A DNA stretch of 64,000 nucleotides from Parcubacteria bacterium C7867-008 (lineage in GTDB: Bacteria; Patescibacteriota; Minisyncoccia; Phycocordibacterales; Phycocordibacteraceae): NCBI GenBank assembly GCA_001189215.1, contig LFCR01000004.1:95391-159390 (forward strand), given 5' to 3'. The notes beneath the pieces were generated by a model. That model searched no databases and was not told where the DNA came from. It saw only the letters and a program-made list of their open reading frames with translations. Shown one piece after another: positions 55,830 to 64,000 of the stretch. Every line of letters begins with the position of its first letter. Position 1 is the stretch's first letter. The translations under genes were made by a program, and so were the position numbers.

Positions 55830-57077
55830 ATGAACCGCACGTTGAACGACATCATTCCACCATCACGCCGCCGCACTCTTGAAGAGGATGGCTCTGGTGC
55901 ACCTCCTGCCATGCCCCCACGCCCGCTCTCGGATCGTCCGAGCAAGCCACCGCGTTCTCCTCGTTCAGGTCGTGGATTCCCGTACGGTACTGCACTAATC
56001 GCACTTATTGTTATTGCCGGCGCTGTTGCTGCACTGATGTACTTCTCTGGTGCAAAGGTTGAAGTTACCCCTGAAACAAAATCAGCAACGGTCACTGCAG
56101 ACTTCACCGCTACCGCGGGTAGTGGTGATCTACCATACGAACTTGTGACCGTTGAAAAGACTGCAAGCCAGACAGTCCCTGCAGAAAGCAGTGAGAATGT
56201 TAATGATCCTGCTAGTGGCAAGATCACCATTACTAATGCTCAGGCAGCCCCTCAGACCCTCATCAAAAACACTCGCTTCCAGACTCCAGACGGTCTCATA
56301 TTCCGTATTCATGACTCTGTATCGATTCCAGCAGGAGGCAGCATTGTCACCATGGTATATGCGGACGTGGGCGGCGCTAACTACAACATTCCCGCTACCA
56401 CCTTCACCGTTCCTGGTCTTAAAGGATCCAAAGCATTCGATCAGGTGACCGCAAAGTCTACCGAAGCAATGGTAGGGGGCTTCTCAGGCACCCGTGCAAG
56501 CGTAAGTCAGGGTACTCGTGATGCACAGAATGCAACAAACCAGGCATCACTTGAAAAGACCCTTTCTGCGGACATTGTAAGCAAGGTGCCCGCAGGATAT
56601 GTGCTTATTCCAGGAGCAACCTTCGTAACCTACGTTCCACAACCGGACACTGAGGCTGAAACTGGGAAGGTAAACGTCAACCAAAAGGGGACTATGACCG
56701 CGGTAGTATTCCCCGGTGAAGCACTTGGTAAGGCAATTGCGTACAAGGTTATCGGTGCATACAACGGCGAGACCGTAACTCTTCCAGATGTAACTGCTCT
56801 CAAGCTTCTTCCGGCTCTAAATATTGCTCCCGTAAGTGGCGAAACCACCTTTACCTTCAATCTTACCGGTACTACTAATGTGGTTTGGAAGATCGATACC
56901 GCTAAGATAGCGGGTGCGGTGGCAGGTAAAACTCGTGATTCTGCTCAGGTAATTCTTCAAGGATTTCCCGAGGTAAGCAAGGCAAGTCTCGTTCTCCGAC
57001 CCTTCTGGGCAAGCACCTTCCCTCAGGATCCTGAGAAAATCAACGTTACGGTCGTAGAATCGAAGGTGGCTGAGTAA
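55830..57077 (+). CDS. membrane-anchored extracytoplasmic protein
   Basis: Pro/Arg-rich N-terminus, single TM (ALIALIVIAGAVAALMYF), large external domain. Confidence 0.4.
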   Translation: MNRTLNDIIPPSRRRTLEEDGSGAPPAMPPRPLSDRPSKPPRSPRSGRGFPYGTALIALIVIAGAVAALMYFSGAKVEVTPETKSATVTADFTATAGSGDLPYELVTVEKTASQTVPAESSENVNDPASGKITITNAQAAPQTLIKNTRFQTPDGLIFRIHDSVSIPAGGSIVTMVYADVGGANYNIPATTFTVPGLKGSKAFDQVTAKSTEAMVGGFSGTRASVSQGTRDAQNATNQASLEKTLSADIVSKVPAGYVLIPGATFVTYVPQPDTEAETGKVNVNQKGTMTAVVFPGEALGKAIAYKVIGAYNGETVTLPDVTALKLLPALNIAPVSGETTFTFNLTGTTNVVWKIDTAKIAGAVAGKTRDSAQVILQGFPEVSKASLVLRPFWASTFPQDPEKINVTVVESKVAE

Positions 57078-57127
57078 ATAGCCAGTTGACGGCTTAACTA
57101 AGGCTTGGTACGATAGCAGAGCTTCAC

Positions 57128-57343
57128 ATGGAGGAGGTCAAAGTAGAAGGAACAACGGGTACCGTTGAAGAGGTGCTCCCGAATTCTTTGTTCCGTGTCC
57201 GCATGCCCTCCGGTGAGTTGTTGCTCGCCTACCTTGCAGGAAAGATGCGTTTGCATCGAATCCGCGTATTGGTAGGGGACAAGGTCGAACTCGTCCTTGA
57301 TCCCTACGGCGGGCGCGCTCGCGTTGTGAGGCGCTTGTCGTAA
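57128..57343 (+). CDS. infA: translation initiation factor IF-1
   Basis: [14 protein letters not shown] ... [23 protein letters not shown]. Confidence 0.9.
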   Translation: MEEVKVEGTTGTVEEVLPNSLFRVRMPSGELLLAYLAGKMRLHRIRVLVGDKVELVLDPYGGRARVVRRLS

Positions 57344-57351
57344 TACCAAAC

Positions 57352-57468
57352 ATGAAAGTACGCGCATCTATCAAGGTTCAGCAGCCGGGGGACATTATTG
57401 TCCGCCGTCGTGGACGCTTGTACCGTATCAACAAGCGCAATCCACGTCGCAAGGCACGTCAGGGCTAA
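57352..57468 (+). CDS. rpmJ: 50S ribosomal protein L36 (Cys-less variant), 38 aa
   Basis: Translated by hand: [38 protein letters not shown]. Sits between infA and rpsM; absent from the ORF track because it is under 60 aa. Confidence 0.75.
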   Translation: MKVRASIKVQQPGDIIVRRRGRLYRINKRNPRRKARQG

Positions 57469-57496
57469 TTTATATACATTCCTAAACCTTATTCGC

Positions 57497-57877
57497 ATGC
57501 GTATCTCTGGTGTCACCCTTCCTGATAACAAGCAGCTCTCTTATGCGCTGCCACTTATCTATGGCATTGGCCCAACCCGCGCTAAGGAAATCCTTACGCA
57601 GGCAAAGGTAGCATTCACGAAGAAAGGTTCAGAGCTTACTGCAGACGAAGAGCAGACCATCCGTACCCTTGCTGAGGCGTACACCATTGAAGGTGAACTC
57701 AAGCGTGAGATTGGTCAGAACATCAAGCGTCTTAAGGATATCCGTTCTCAGCGTGGTATCCGCCATGAGCGCCGTCTTCCCGTTCGTGCACAGCGCACCA
57801 AGACGAACTCACGTACCGTACGTGGCAATACTCGTAAGACTATGGGTTCTGGTCGCCGTACGCTCGAGAAGACTTAA
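57497..57877 (+). CDS. rpsM: 30S ribosomal protein S13
   Basis: MRISGVTLPDNKQLSYALPLIYGIGP; start at the internal Met of ORF 57398-57877. Confidence 0.9.
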   Translation: MRISGVTLPDNKQLSYALPLIYGIGPTRAKEILTQAKVAFTKKGSELTADEEQTIRTLAEAYTIEGELKREIGQNIKRLKDIRSQRGIRHERRLPVRAQRTKTNSRTVRGNTRKTMGSGRRTLEKT

Positions 57878-57903
57878 TCCTGGCTGCATACACTTAATTA
57901 CCT

Positions 57904-58338
57904 ATGGGAAAGAAACGAATCATCAAGAAGAGTGGCCGCGGTCTCGATCAGGGACGTAAGGAGCGTGCCCTTTCAAAGGCATCAAAGCGTCGCCTCGAGA
58001 AGGGGGTACTTCACGTTGAAGCTACCTTCAACAACACCAAAGCCGTCCTTACCGACGACAAAGGTAATGCGATCATGTCTTCTTCTGCTGGTGCACTTGG
58101 TTTCTCTGGAGCTCGTAAGTCCACACCATATGCGGCTGCTAAGGTTGGTGAGCTTCTCGGTGAGAAGGCAAGTCTCATTGGTCTTAAAGAAGCATCCGTT
58201 ATCATTCGCGGTGTTGGTGCCGGTCGTGAGTCTGCACTTCGTGCATTCTCTGGAAAGGGGATTCAGATCCGCTCTATCCAGGACAAGACTCCGGTTCCTC
58301 ATAACGGACCACGTCCTAAGAAGGCGCGTCGCGTATAG
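57904..58338 (+). CDS. rpsK: 30S ribosomal protein S11
   Basis: GVLHVEATFNNTKAVLTD...SIQDKTPVPHNG. Confidence 0.9.
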   Translation: MGKKRIIKKSGRGLDQGRKERALSKASKRRLEKGVLHVEATFNNTKAVLTDDKGNAIMSSSAGALGFSGARKSTPYAAAKVGELLGEKASLIGLKEASVIIRGVGAGRESALRAFSGKGIQIRSIQDKTPVPHNGPRPKKARRV

Positions 58339-58360
58339 TCAATTATTTATTTGAATCCGT

Positions 58361-58969
58361 ATGAAAGTAGGACCTAAGTACAAGATCGCAAAGCGCCTCG
58401 GAGCTTCTGTTTTTGAGAAGACCCAGACGCAGAAATTCGCACTCGCTCAGGAGCGTGCTTCAAAGACACGCAAGCGTGGCCGTGGCCCTACCGAATATGG
58501 TAAGCAGCTTCTTGAGAAACAGAAGGTTCGTATGACCTATGGTCTTCCCGAGCGCCAGTTCGGACGCTACGTCCGCGAAGCTATGGAAACCCATGGTGCA
58601 AACCCTGCTGACACCCTCCACACTACTCTTGAGATGCGTCTCGATAACGTTATATACCGCCTCGGCCTTGCGCCGACGCGCCGTGCAGCTCGTCAGATGG
58701 TGTCTCATGGACACATTACGATCAATGGTCGTAAGACCACCATTCCGTCTCGTGCCGTTCATATCGGCGAGACCATTGGTGTTCGTGAGGGCAGCAAGAC
58801 CCGTGTTCTATTCGAGAACTTTGGTGATAAGTTCGCAGAGCGCACGCTCTCGAGCTGGCTCACCTGGAACCCGAAGTCTATGGAAGGCGGTGTGCAGCAG
58901 GTGCCAACGACAGAGTCTGCCGACGCGGCAGGTGATCTCGTTGCAGTGCTCTCGTTCTACAGCCGCTAG
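58361..58969 (+). CDS. rpsD: 30S ribosomal protein S4
   Basis: [17 protein letters not shown]...[31 protein letters not shown]. Confidence 0.9.
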   Translation: MKVGPKYKIAKRLGASVFEKTQTQKFALAQERASKTRKRGRGPTEYGKQLLEKQKVRMTYGLPERQFGRYVREAMETHGANPADTLHTTLEMRLDNVIYRLGLAPTRRAARQMVSHGHITINGRKTTIPSRAVHIGETIGVREGSKTRVLFENFGDKFAERTLSSWLTWNPKSMEGGVQQVPTTESADAAGDLVAVLSFYSR

Positions 58970-59008
58970 TTTTTATTAATCTACTACTAGGTAACTACTG
59001 ATTGAGTT

Positions 59009-59965
59009 ATGGAATACCAAGTCACCCTACCATCAAAGCCTCGCATCGTTTCTGAAGAAGGAGTTCAGGGCATTTACGAGATCGATTCTCTCTACCCTGG
59101 CTACGGTCATACCCTCGGCAACAGCCTTCGCCGCATTATTCTTTCGTCACTTCCCGGCGCAAGCATCACCTCAGTGAAGATTGAGGATGTTCAGCATGAG
59201 TTCGCTACCGTTGAAGGTATCCGCGAAACCGTTATGGAGATTCTCCTTAACCTTAAGCGCGTGCACTTTGCACTTCATGGAGATGAGGCTCAGACCGTCC
59301 GCCTTTCTGTAAAGAACGGTAAGGATGTTACTGCTGCTGAATTCTCGCTTCCTGCACAGGTAACTATCGCAAACCCAGACCAGCACATCCTTACGATGGC
59401 AGGCAAGGGTTCATTTGAACTTGAAGCAACTATCGAACGTGGTCTCGGCTACGTACCTCGTGAGCTTCTTACTAAGGAAAAGGTAGACATCGGTACTATC
59501 GCACTTGATGCAACCTTCACTCCCATCCGCCGCGTAAACTACGAGGTAGAGAACATGCGTGTTGGTGATCGTACTGATTTCAACCGCCTCCGTATCCTTA
59601 TTGAGACCAATGGTACTATCGGCCCACGCGAAGCACTTGAGAACTCAATTGAGATAATGATTCACCAGCTTAAGTCTATTGTTGGCTTCCAAGAGGATGA
59701 TGAGAACGTATCTGCTTCTTCAAGCCCAATGATGCTTGATGACGCTGATGCATCATCTAAGGACGTTTCTAAGATGAAGGTTGAGGACCTCACACTTGGC
59801 GCACGCATCATTACTGCCCTTACAGACGCTGGTATCAAGACCGTTGCTGGTCTATCCCGCAAGTCTGCAGGAGCACTTAAGGAACTCGATGGTATCGGTG
59901 ACAAAGCGGTCACGGAAATCGAAGAGGCCCTTGCAAGCCTTGGTGTAACGCTGAAAGGCGAGTAA
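59009..59965 (+). CDS. rpoA: DNA-directed RNA polymerase alpha subunit
   Basis: GYGHTLGNSLRRIILSSLPGASIT, plus the C-terminal domain. Confidence 0.9.
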   Translation: MEYQVTLPSKPRIVSEEGVQGIYEIDSLYPGYGHTLGNSLRRIILSSLPGASITSVKIEDVQHEFATVEGIRETVMEILLNLKRVHFALHGDEAQTVRLSVKNGKDVTAAEFSLPAQVTIANPDQHILTMAGKGSFELEATIERGLGYVPRELLTKEKVDIGTIALDATFTPIRRVNYEVENMRVGDRTDFNRLRILIETNGTIGPREALENSIEIMIHQLKSIVGFQEDDENVSASSSPMMLDDADASSKDVSKMKVEDLTLGARIITALTDAGIKTVAGLSRKSAGALKELDGIGDKAVTEIEEALASLGVTLKGE

Positions 59966-60011
59966 TTTGGACGGGAATTAGTATTCGTGTTAGAACTATA
60001 AGACTTCAGGT

Positions 60012-60365
60012 ATGCGACATCACAAAAAAGGCCGTGCATTCAATCGCCCAGCAAATCAGCGCTCAGCGCTGATGAAGTCGCTTGCCCGCTCACTTATCAT
60101 CCACGAGAGTATTGCGACCACCGAAGCTAAGGCTAAGGAGCTCCGCCCATACATCGAAAAGATCATTTCACATGGTCGTGTTGATACCGTTGCGAACCGT
60201 CGCCTCGTATCATCTCGTCTCGGTAATGATGATGAGATCGTCAAGAAGGTCTTCACGACTCTTTCTCCTCGATACGCAACTCGTCCGGGTGGCTACACTC
60301 GTGTCGTGAAGCGCGCACCAAACGCCGTGAACGCGCGTGATAACGCCTACATCGCCTTCGTATAA
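60012..60365 (+). CDS. rplQ: 50S ribosomal protein L17
   Basis: MRHHKKGRAFNRPANQRSALMKSLARSLIIHESIATT. Confidence 0.9.
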   Translation: MRHHKKGRAFNRPANQRSALMKSLARSLIIHESIATTEAKAKELRPYIEKIISHGRVDTVANRRLVSSRLGNDDEIVKKVFTTLSPRYATRPGGYTRVVKRAPNAVNARDNAYIAFV

Positions 60366-60369
60366 TCCT

Positions 60370-60771
60370 ATGACTACCATCGCACAGAAAGTATCCAAGC
60401 AGCGTACCCTTCAGGGTGTTGACGAGATGACCTACACCATCGACGCATCCGGCCGTACCCTCGGTCGTGTAGCGAGCGATGCTGCACAGGCACTCCTTGG
60501 TAAGAAGTCCGTACACTACGTACAGAACAAAGTACTTCCGGTTCGTGTCACTATCACGAACGCATCGAAGGTGTCTATGACGGAGAAGCGTATTGCGAAC
60601 AAGACGTACATCCACTACACCGGATACCCAGGTGGTCTTCGTGAGGTGCCTATGGCGCGTTTCAAGGATAAGAAGGGTATTGAGGAAGTATTCCGCAAGA
60701 CCGTAGACGGTATGATCCCCCGCAACAAGCTGCGTAAGGAGCGTATGAAGCGCCTTACCGTTACCGCGTAA
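60370..60771 (+). CDS. rplM: 50S ribosomal protein L13
   Basis: Start at the internal Met (MTTIAQK) of ORF 60337-60771; ...YTIDASGRTLGRVAS...IHYTGYPGGL. Confidence 0.85.
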   Translation: MTTIAQKVSKQRTLQGVDEMTYTIDASGRTLGRVASDAAQALLGKKSVHYVQNKVLPVRVTITNASKVSMTEKRIANKTYIHYTGYPGGLREVPMARFKDKKGIEEVFRKTVDGMIPRNKLRKERMKRLTVTA

Positions 60772-60788
60772 GAGTTTAAGTAATTACT

Positions 60789-61193
60789 ATGACTGAAAAC
60801 ACCACTCCGTACATCGTCGCTATCGGCCGTCGCAAGACTGCTTCTGCGCGTGTCCGCATAACTCCTGCAGACAAGACCTCCGTAACCGTTAACGGTATGG
60901 ATGCGGCTGACTACTTCAAGACGAAAGAGCGTGGCTCCATCACGTTCGATGCACTTAATCTCGAAGAGGTAACAGGCACCTTCCAGGTATCTGCAAAGGT
61001 ACAGGGTGGCGGTCTTAACGCACAGGCACAAGCTATCCGTATGGGTATTGCTCGTGCACTCACAAAGAGCGAAGACACCCTGCGCAAGCCGCTTAAGGCT
61101 GCAGGCTTCCTCAAGCGTGACCCTCGCGCTGTTGAACGTAAGAAGCCAGGTCTCTTGAAAGCTCGCAAGCGACCATCTTGGTCTAAGCGTTAA
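60789..61193 (+). CDS. rpsI: 30S ribosomal protein S9
   Basis: YIVAIGRRKTASARV...GGGLNAQAQAIRMGIARAL...KARKRPSWSKR. Confidence 0.9.
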   Translation: MTENTTPYIVAIGRRKTASARVRITPADKTSVTVNGMDAADYFKTKERGSITFDALNLEEVTGTFQVSAKVQGGGLNAQAQAIRMGIARALTKSEDTLRKPLKAAGFLKRDPRAVERKKPGLLKARKRPSWSKR

Positions 61194-61201
61194 TTGCGAA
61201 G

Positions 61202-61228
61202 AAAACCGCCTCTGGCGGTTTTCTTTTG
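61202..61228 (+). terminator. intrinsic terminator
   Basis: AAAACCGCCTCTGGCGGTTTTCTTTTG. Confidence 0.7.
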
Positions 61229-61260
61229 ACTACAACAATCCATTCCGGCATTATGGGGGT

Positions 61261-61812
61261 ATGAATGATGATGATGTTGTAATCGAGCAGGACGGTCTTG
61301 AAGAGACCGGTATGAGCGAAGAAGAACTTGAGGCCACCGAGTCTCGGGTAGACGCTAAAGCAACCAAACTTAAGAAAGAGCTTGATGCATGTAAGGTAGA
61401 ACGCCAGGAATACATGGATGGATGGCAACGCGCTAAGGCAGACTATGTGAATGCACTTAAGCGCTTCGAAGATGAGAAGAAGGCTTTGGTATCACGAGGT
61501 GTGGTAAAGAGTGTGGAAACATTCCTTCCAGCAATGGATTCACTAGCACGTGCAGAGGCAGCGGGAGAAATTCCTGACGCATTCCAAGGTATTGCAAAGC
61601 AGCTTCATGACGCGGCAAAATCTCTGGGCATGGAACAGTTTGGCTCTATTGGTGATGCCTTTGATCACAATCTCCACGAGGCTCTTGGACAGGATGCTGC
61701 TTCTACCAAAGAAGAAGATGAAACCGTGAGTGCAGTTCTTGAAAAAGGATGGAAGACTACGGAGTCTGTTATCCGTCCTGCAAAGGTCCGCGTTGCGCAG
61801 TTTGAAGGGTAG
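61261..61812 (+). CDS. grpE: nucleotide exchange factor GrpE
   Basis: Coiled-coil N-terminus; C-terminal FDHNLHEALGQ...VLEKGWKTTESVIRPAKVRVAQ. Confidence 0.8.
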   Translation: MNDDDVVIEQDGLEETGMSEEELEATESRVDAKATKLKKELDACKVERQEYMDGWQRAKADYVNALKRFEDEKKALVSRGVVKSVETFLPAMDSLARAEAAGEIPDAFQGIAKQLHDAAKSLGMEQFGSIGDAFDHNLHEALGQDAASTKEEDETVSAVLEKGWKTTESVIRPAKVRVAQFEG

Positions 61813-61855
61813 TCTTAATCATTCGTATAGATACGTCTTGCTATAATTAGTGCAT

Positions 61856-62194
61856 ATGAAATTCTTCGTAACATTCCAGATGCCGCATGATGGCCTTGAT
61901 GATTGGCTAAAGCTTCCAGAAGAAGATCGTAAAGTACAAGAAACTAAAATGATGGACGATTGGAATGCATGGATGGATGCCCACAAAGATTCTGTTACGC
62001 AGGCAACAGGAGTAGGGAAGCCAAAGCGTATTACAGCCAATGGCATCGAAGATGCTCGCAACGATCTCATGATGTATTCCTTTGTTGAAGCAGACTCTCT
62101 CGAAGCTGCAGCAGAGATATTTAAAGGTCATCCGCACTTTGGTATTCCTGGCGCGTGGATAGAAGTGATGTCTGAGAACAAGAATACGAAATAG
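61856..62194 (+). CDS. hypothetical protein (possibly a dimeric alpha/beta-barrel family)
   Basis: MKFFVTFQMP...FKGHPHFGIPGAWIEVM. Confidence 0.3.
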   Translation: MKFFVTFQMPHDGLDDWLKLPEEDRKVQETKMMDDWNAWMDAHKDSVTQATGVGKPKRITANGIEDARNDLMMYSFVEADSLEAAAEIFKGHPHFGIPGAWIEVMSENKNTK

Positions 62195-62222
62195 AAGGCT
62201 GTAGGAGTGTTAGGATTGCGAT

Positions 62223-62702
62223 ATGGAATTCATACACGCGATTGGCCTTAGTATTTCAGGAATCCTTCTTGCAGTATCAGGATTATTTGGCATACATACT
62301 GCGCCTGAACCAACGGCAGTAATTGCTACCACCACACCACCTATAGTGGTCGATAAGAATGTAGCTATCGTACCCACAAAGCCAGTAGAGATTCGCAGTA
62401 TTCCTACTGAAGCAAGCAAGCCAATACAGGTAGCAACAACATCACAAACAACTACTAAAAAACCTGCTGAATCCATAACCTGGACCCAGGCATATGAGTA
62501 TGGAAAAGAGTGTCGTATTAAATCACTGAGCTTTACCTACGAATCAAATTGGACTATAACCATTGCCGAATCGAGTACCTCGCCAGCAGTTACTGGATTT
62601 TACTTAAAAGGTGATAGTGAACCGGCCACAATACTCGGTGGCACGTATAGACAAGAGTACTTGAAACGCTGCGGCAAGAGTTTTGGAGGTTTCATCGAGT
62701 AG
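62223..62702 (+). CDS. membrane-anchored hypothetical protein
   Basis: N-terminal TM, Thr-rich linker. Confidence 0.35.
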   Translation: MEFIHAIGLSISGILLAVSGLFGIHTAPEPTAVIATTTPPIVVDKNVAIVPTKPVEIRSIPTEASKPIQVATTSQTTTKKPAESITWTQAYEYGKECRIKSLSFTYESNWTITIAESSTSPAVTGFYLKGDSEPATILGGTYRQEYLKRCGKSFGGFIE

Positions 62703-62774
62703 GGAAATAGAACAAAGACCGTACTTACCCAAAAACACCACTCATGCTTAAATAGTTCGCAGGGAGGACAGACC

Positions 62775-63011
62775 ATGAGCAGGACTCGAATGAACTATAC
62801 TCGCACCAGTGCGGTGCGGAGAATGGGTGTCAGCCGCACACACGAACTGAGAGGCTTTTCGGAAGTTCCACAGGAATTTGATGTGGGATCCTCGGTACGC
62901 ATCAAACTAACTGGTGTGATCACAAAGATAACCAGTAAGACAGATTGGGGAGACTACGTACTAGAAGGATATGAATGTTTTTTCCCAGGATCGGGCCTCG
63001 AAGAGGTATAG
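62775..63011 (+). CDS. hypothetical protein
   Basis: 78-aa ORF. Confidence 0.3.
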   Translation: MSRTRMNYTRTSAVRRMGVSRTHELRGFSEVPQEFDVGSSVRIKLTGVITKITSKTDWGDYVLEGYECFFPGSGLEEV

Positions 63012-63195
63012 CGTTGCTTGATGAAGCAGCACAGAAAGGGGCGGCCCTCAGTGGCTCGCCCCTTTTGCTTTCTACTGATCCTGCAATCTCAGTTCTGAGA
63101 GGACTTGAACACGCAAATTAACAGGCGTACAATAGATCTATCAGTGCGAATGGGGCGAACTATTTTATAGGTTTTAATAACTATCTGACTTACCT

Positions 63196-64000
63196 ATGGC
63201 AAAGATTCTCGGTATTGACCTCGGCACTACAAACTCCGCTATGGCTATCATGGAGGGAGGAGAGCCACGTGTACTTGAAAACGCTGAAGGACAGCGCACG
63301 ACACCATCTGTCGTAGCTATCGCTAAGAACGGCGAGCGTATTGTTGGTACCCTCGCAAAGCGTCAGGCAGTAACAAACCCTAAGAACACAATCTACGGTA
63401 TCAAGCGCTTCATGGGTCATCGCTTTGATGATGCATCCGTAAAGTCTGATCTCGGCATCGTGCCCTACGAGATTAAGGCAGGACCAGACGGTGGCGCACA
63501 GGTACACCTTGGTGAGAAGGACTATCGTCCAGAAGAGATCTCAGCAATGATCCTTTCTAAGCTGAAGGCAGACGCAGAGGCAAAGCTGGGTGAGAAGATC
63601 ACTGAGGCGGTGATCACCGTTCCTGCATACTTCGATGACGCACAGCGTAACGCAACTAAGGCAGCAGGACAGGTAGCGGGTCTTGATGTGAAGCGCATCA
63701 TCAACGAACCAACCGCAGCAGCACTCGCCTACGGCTTCAACAAGAAGAAAGACGAAAAGATTGTTGTGTTCGACTTCGGTGGCGGTACCTTCGACGTCTC
63801 TGTTCTAGAAGTGGGGGATGACGTGGTTGAGGTAAAGAGCACCGATGGAGACAGCCACATGGGTGGTCGTGATATAGACCAGAAGATTGTTCGCTGGCTT
63901 GCCGACGAATTCAAGAAGGAATCTGGTATCGATATCACTAAGGATGCGCTCGCGCTGCAGCGTCTCGATGATGCTGCTGAGAAAGCAAAGCACGAGCTCT
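63196..64000 (+). CDS. dnaK: molecular chaperone DnaK (3'-truncated by window edge)
   Basis: [18 protein letters not shown]...[20 protein letters not shown]...[10 protein letters not shown]; open to the end of the window. Confidence 0.95.
   Translation, partial: MAKILGIDLGTTNSAMAIMEGGEPRVLENAEGQRTTPSVVAIAKNGERIVGTLAKRQAVTNPKNTIYGIKRFMGHRFDDASVKSDLGIVPYEIKAGPDGGAQVHLGEKDYRPEEISAMILSKLKADAEAKLGEKITEAVITVPAYFDDAQRNATKAAGQVAGLDVKRIINEPTAAALAYGFNKKKDEKIVVFDFGGGTFDVSVLEVGDDVVEVKSTDGDSHMGGRDIDQKIVRWLADEFKKESGIDITKDALALQRLDDAAEKAKHEL

Noticed and set aside
1-64000. Chimeric or misassembled contig as the sole explanation for GC heterogeneity
   Set aside because: GC-rich blocks are numerous, short, begin and end at gene boundaries with their own terminators, and are interleaved with syntenic housekeeping genes. 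Contamination would more likely give one large block. It cannot be excluded without read data, so it is listed as a check.

Overview
Bacterial chromosomal window with a moderate-GC backbone (roughly half G+C by eye) carrying housekeeping genes. These include leuS (5' partial), pyk, lexA, a two-component pair, priA-def-fmt, murA, mreB, holB, mltG, mnmA, ung, alaS, tRNA-Asn, the infA-rpmJ-rpsM-rpsK-rpsD-rpoA-rplQ and rplM-rpsI ribosomal clusters, grpE and dnaK (3' partial). The backbone is consistent with a small-genome, possibly Patescibacteria-like organism; this is an inference from Nudix-rich content, an AlaRS without a C-Ala domain, PT-linker beta-helix surface proteins and a sigma region-4 protein. 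The most striking feature lies between mltG and mnmA (about 37.0-42.1 kb). There, a conserved 28-bp direct repeat (GGTTCCAACATCGTCCCAGACTGCCAGC, often preceded by ATAAA) occurs at least 10 times in the same orientation and delimits single-gene cassettes. The cassettes read in either orientation, alternate sharply in GC content, and several carry their own sigma70-like promoter and intrinsic terminator. This resembles an integron-like cassette array, but no integrase is in the window and the repeat is not an obvious attC palindrome. Short GC-rich islets (roughly two-thirds G+C) are also scattered through the backbone, including two PEP-CTERM proteins and an OMP-like protein, each with its own terminator. 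Other notable points: the LeuRS carries a canonical Nudix box where the CP1 editing domain is expected; the PriA homolog has degenerate Walker A and DEEH motifs; an unusual inverted-repeat cluster sits upstream of lexA; and a GC-rich structured element lies between priA and def. All calls come from reading the sequence and the ORF track; no database searches were run.
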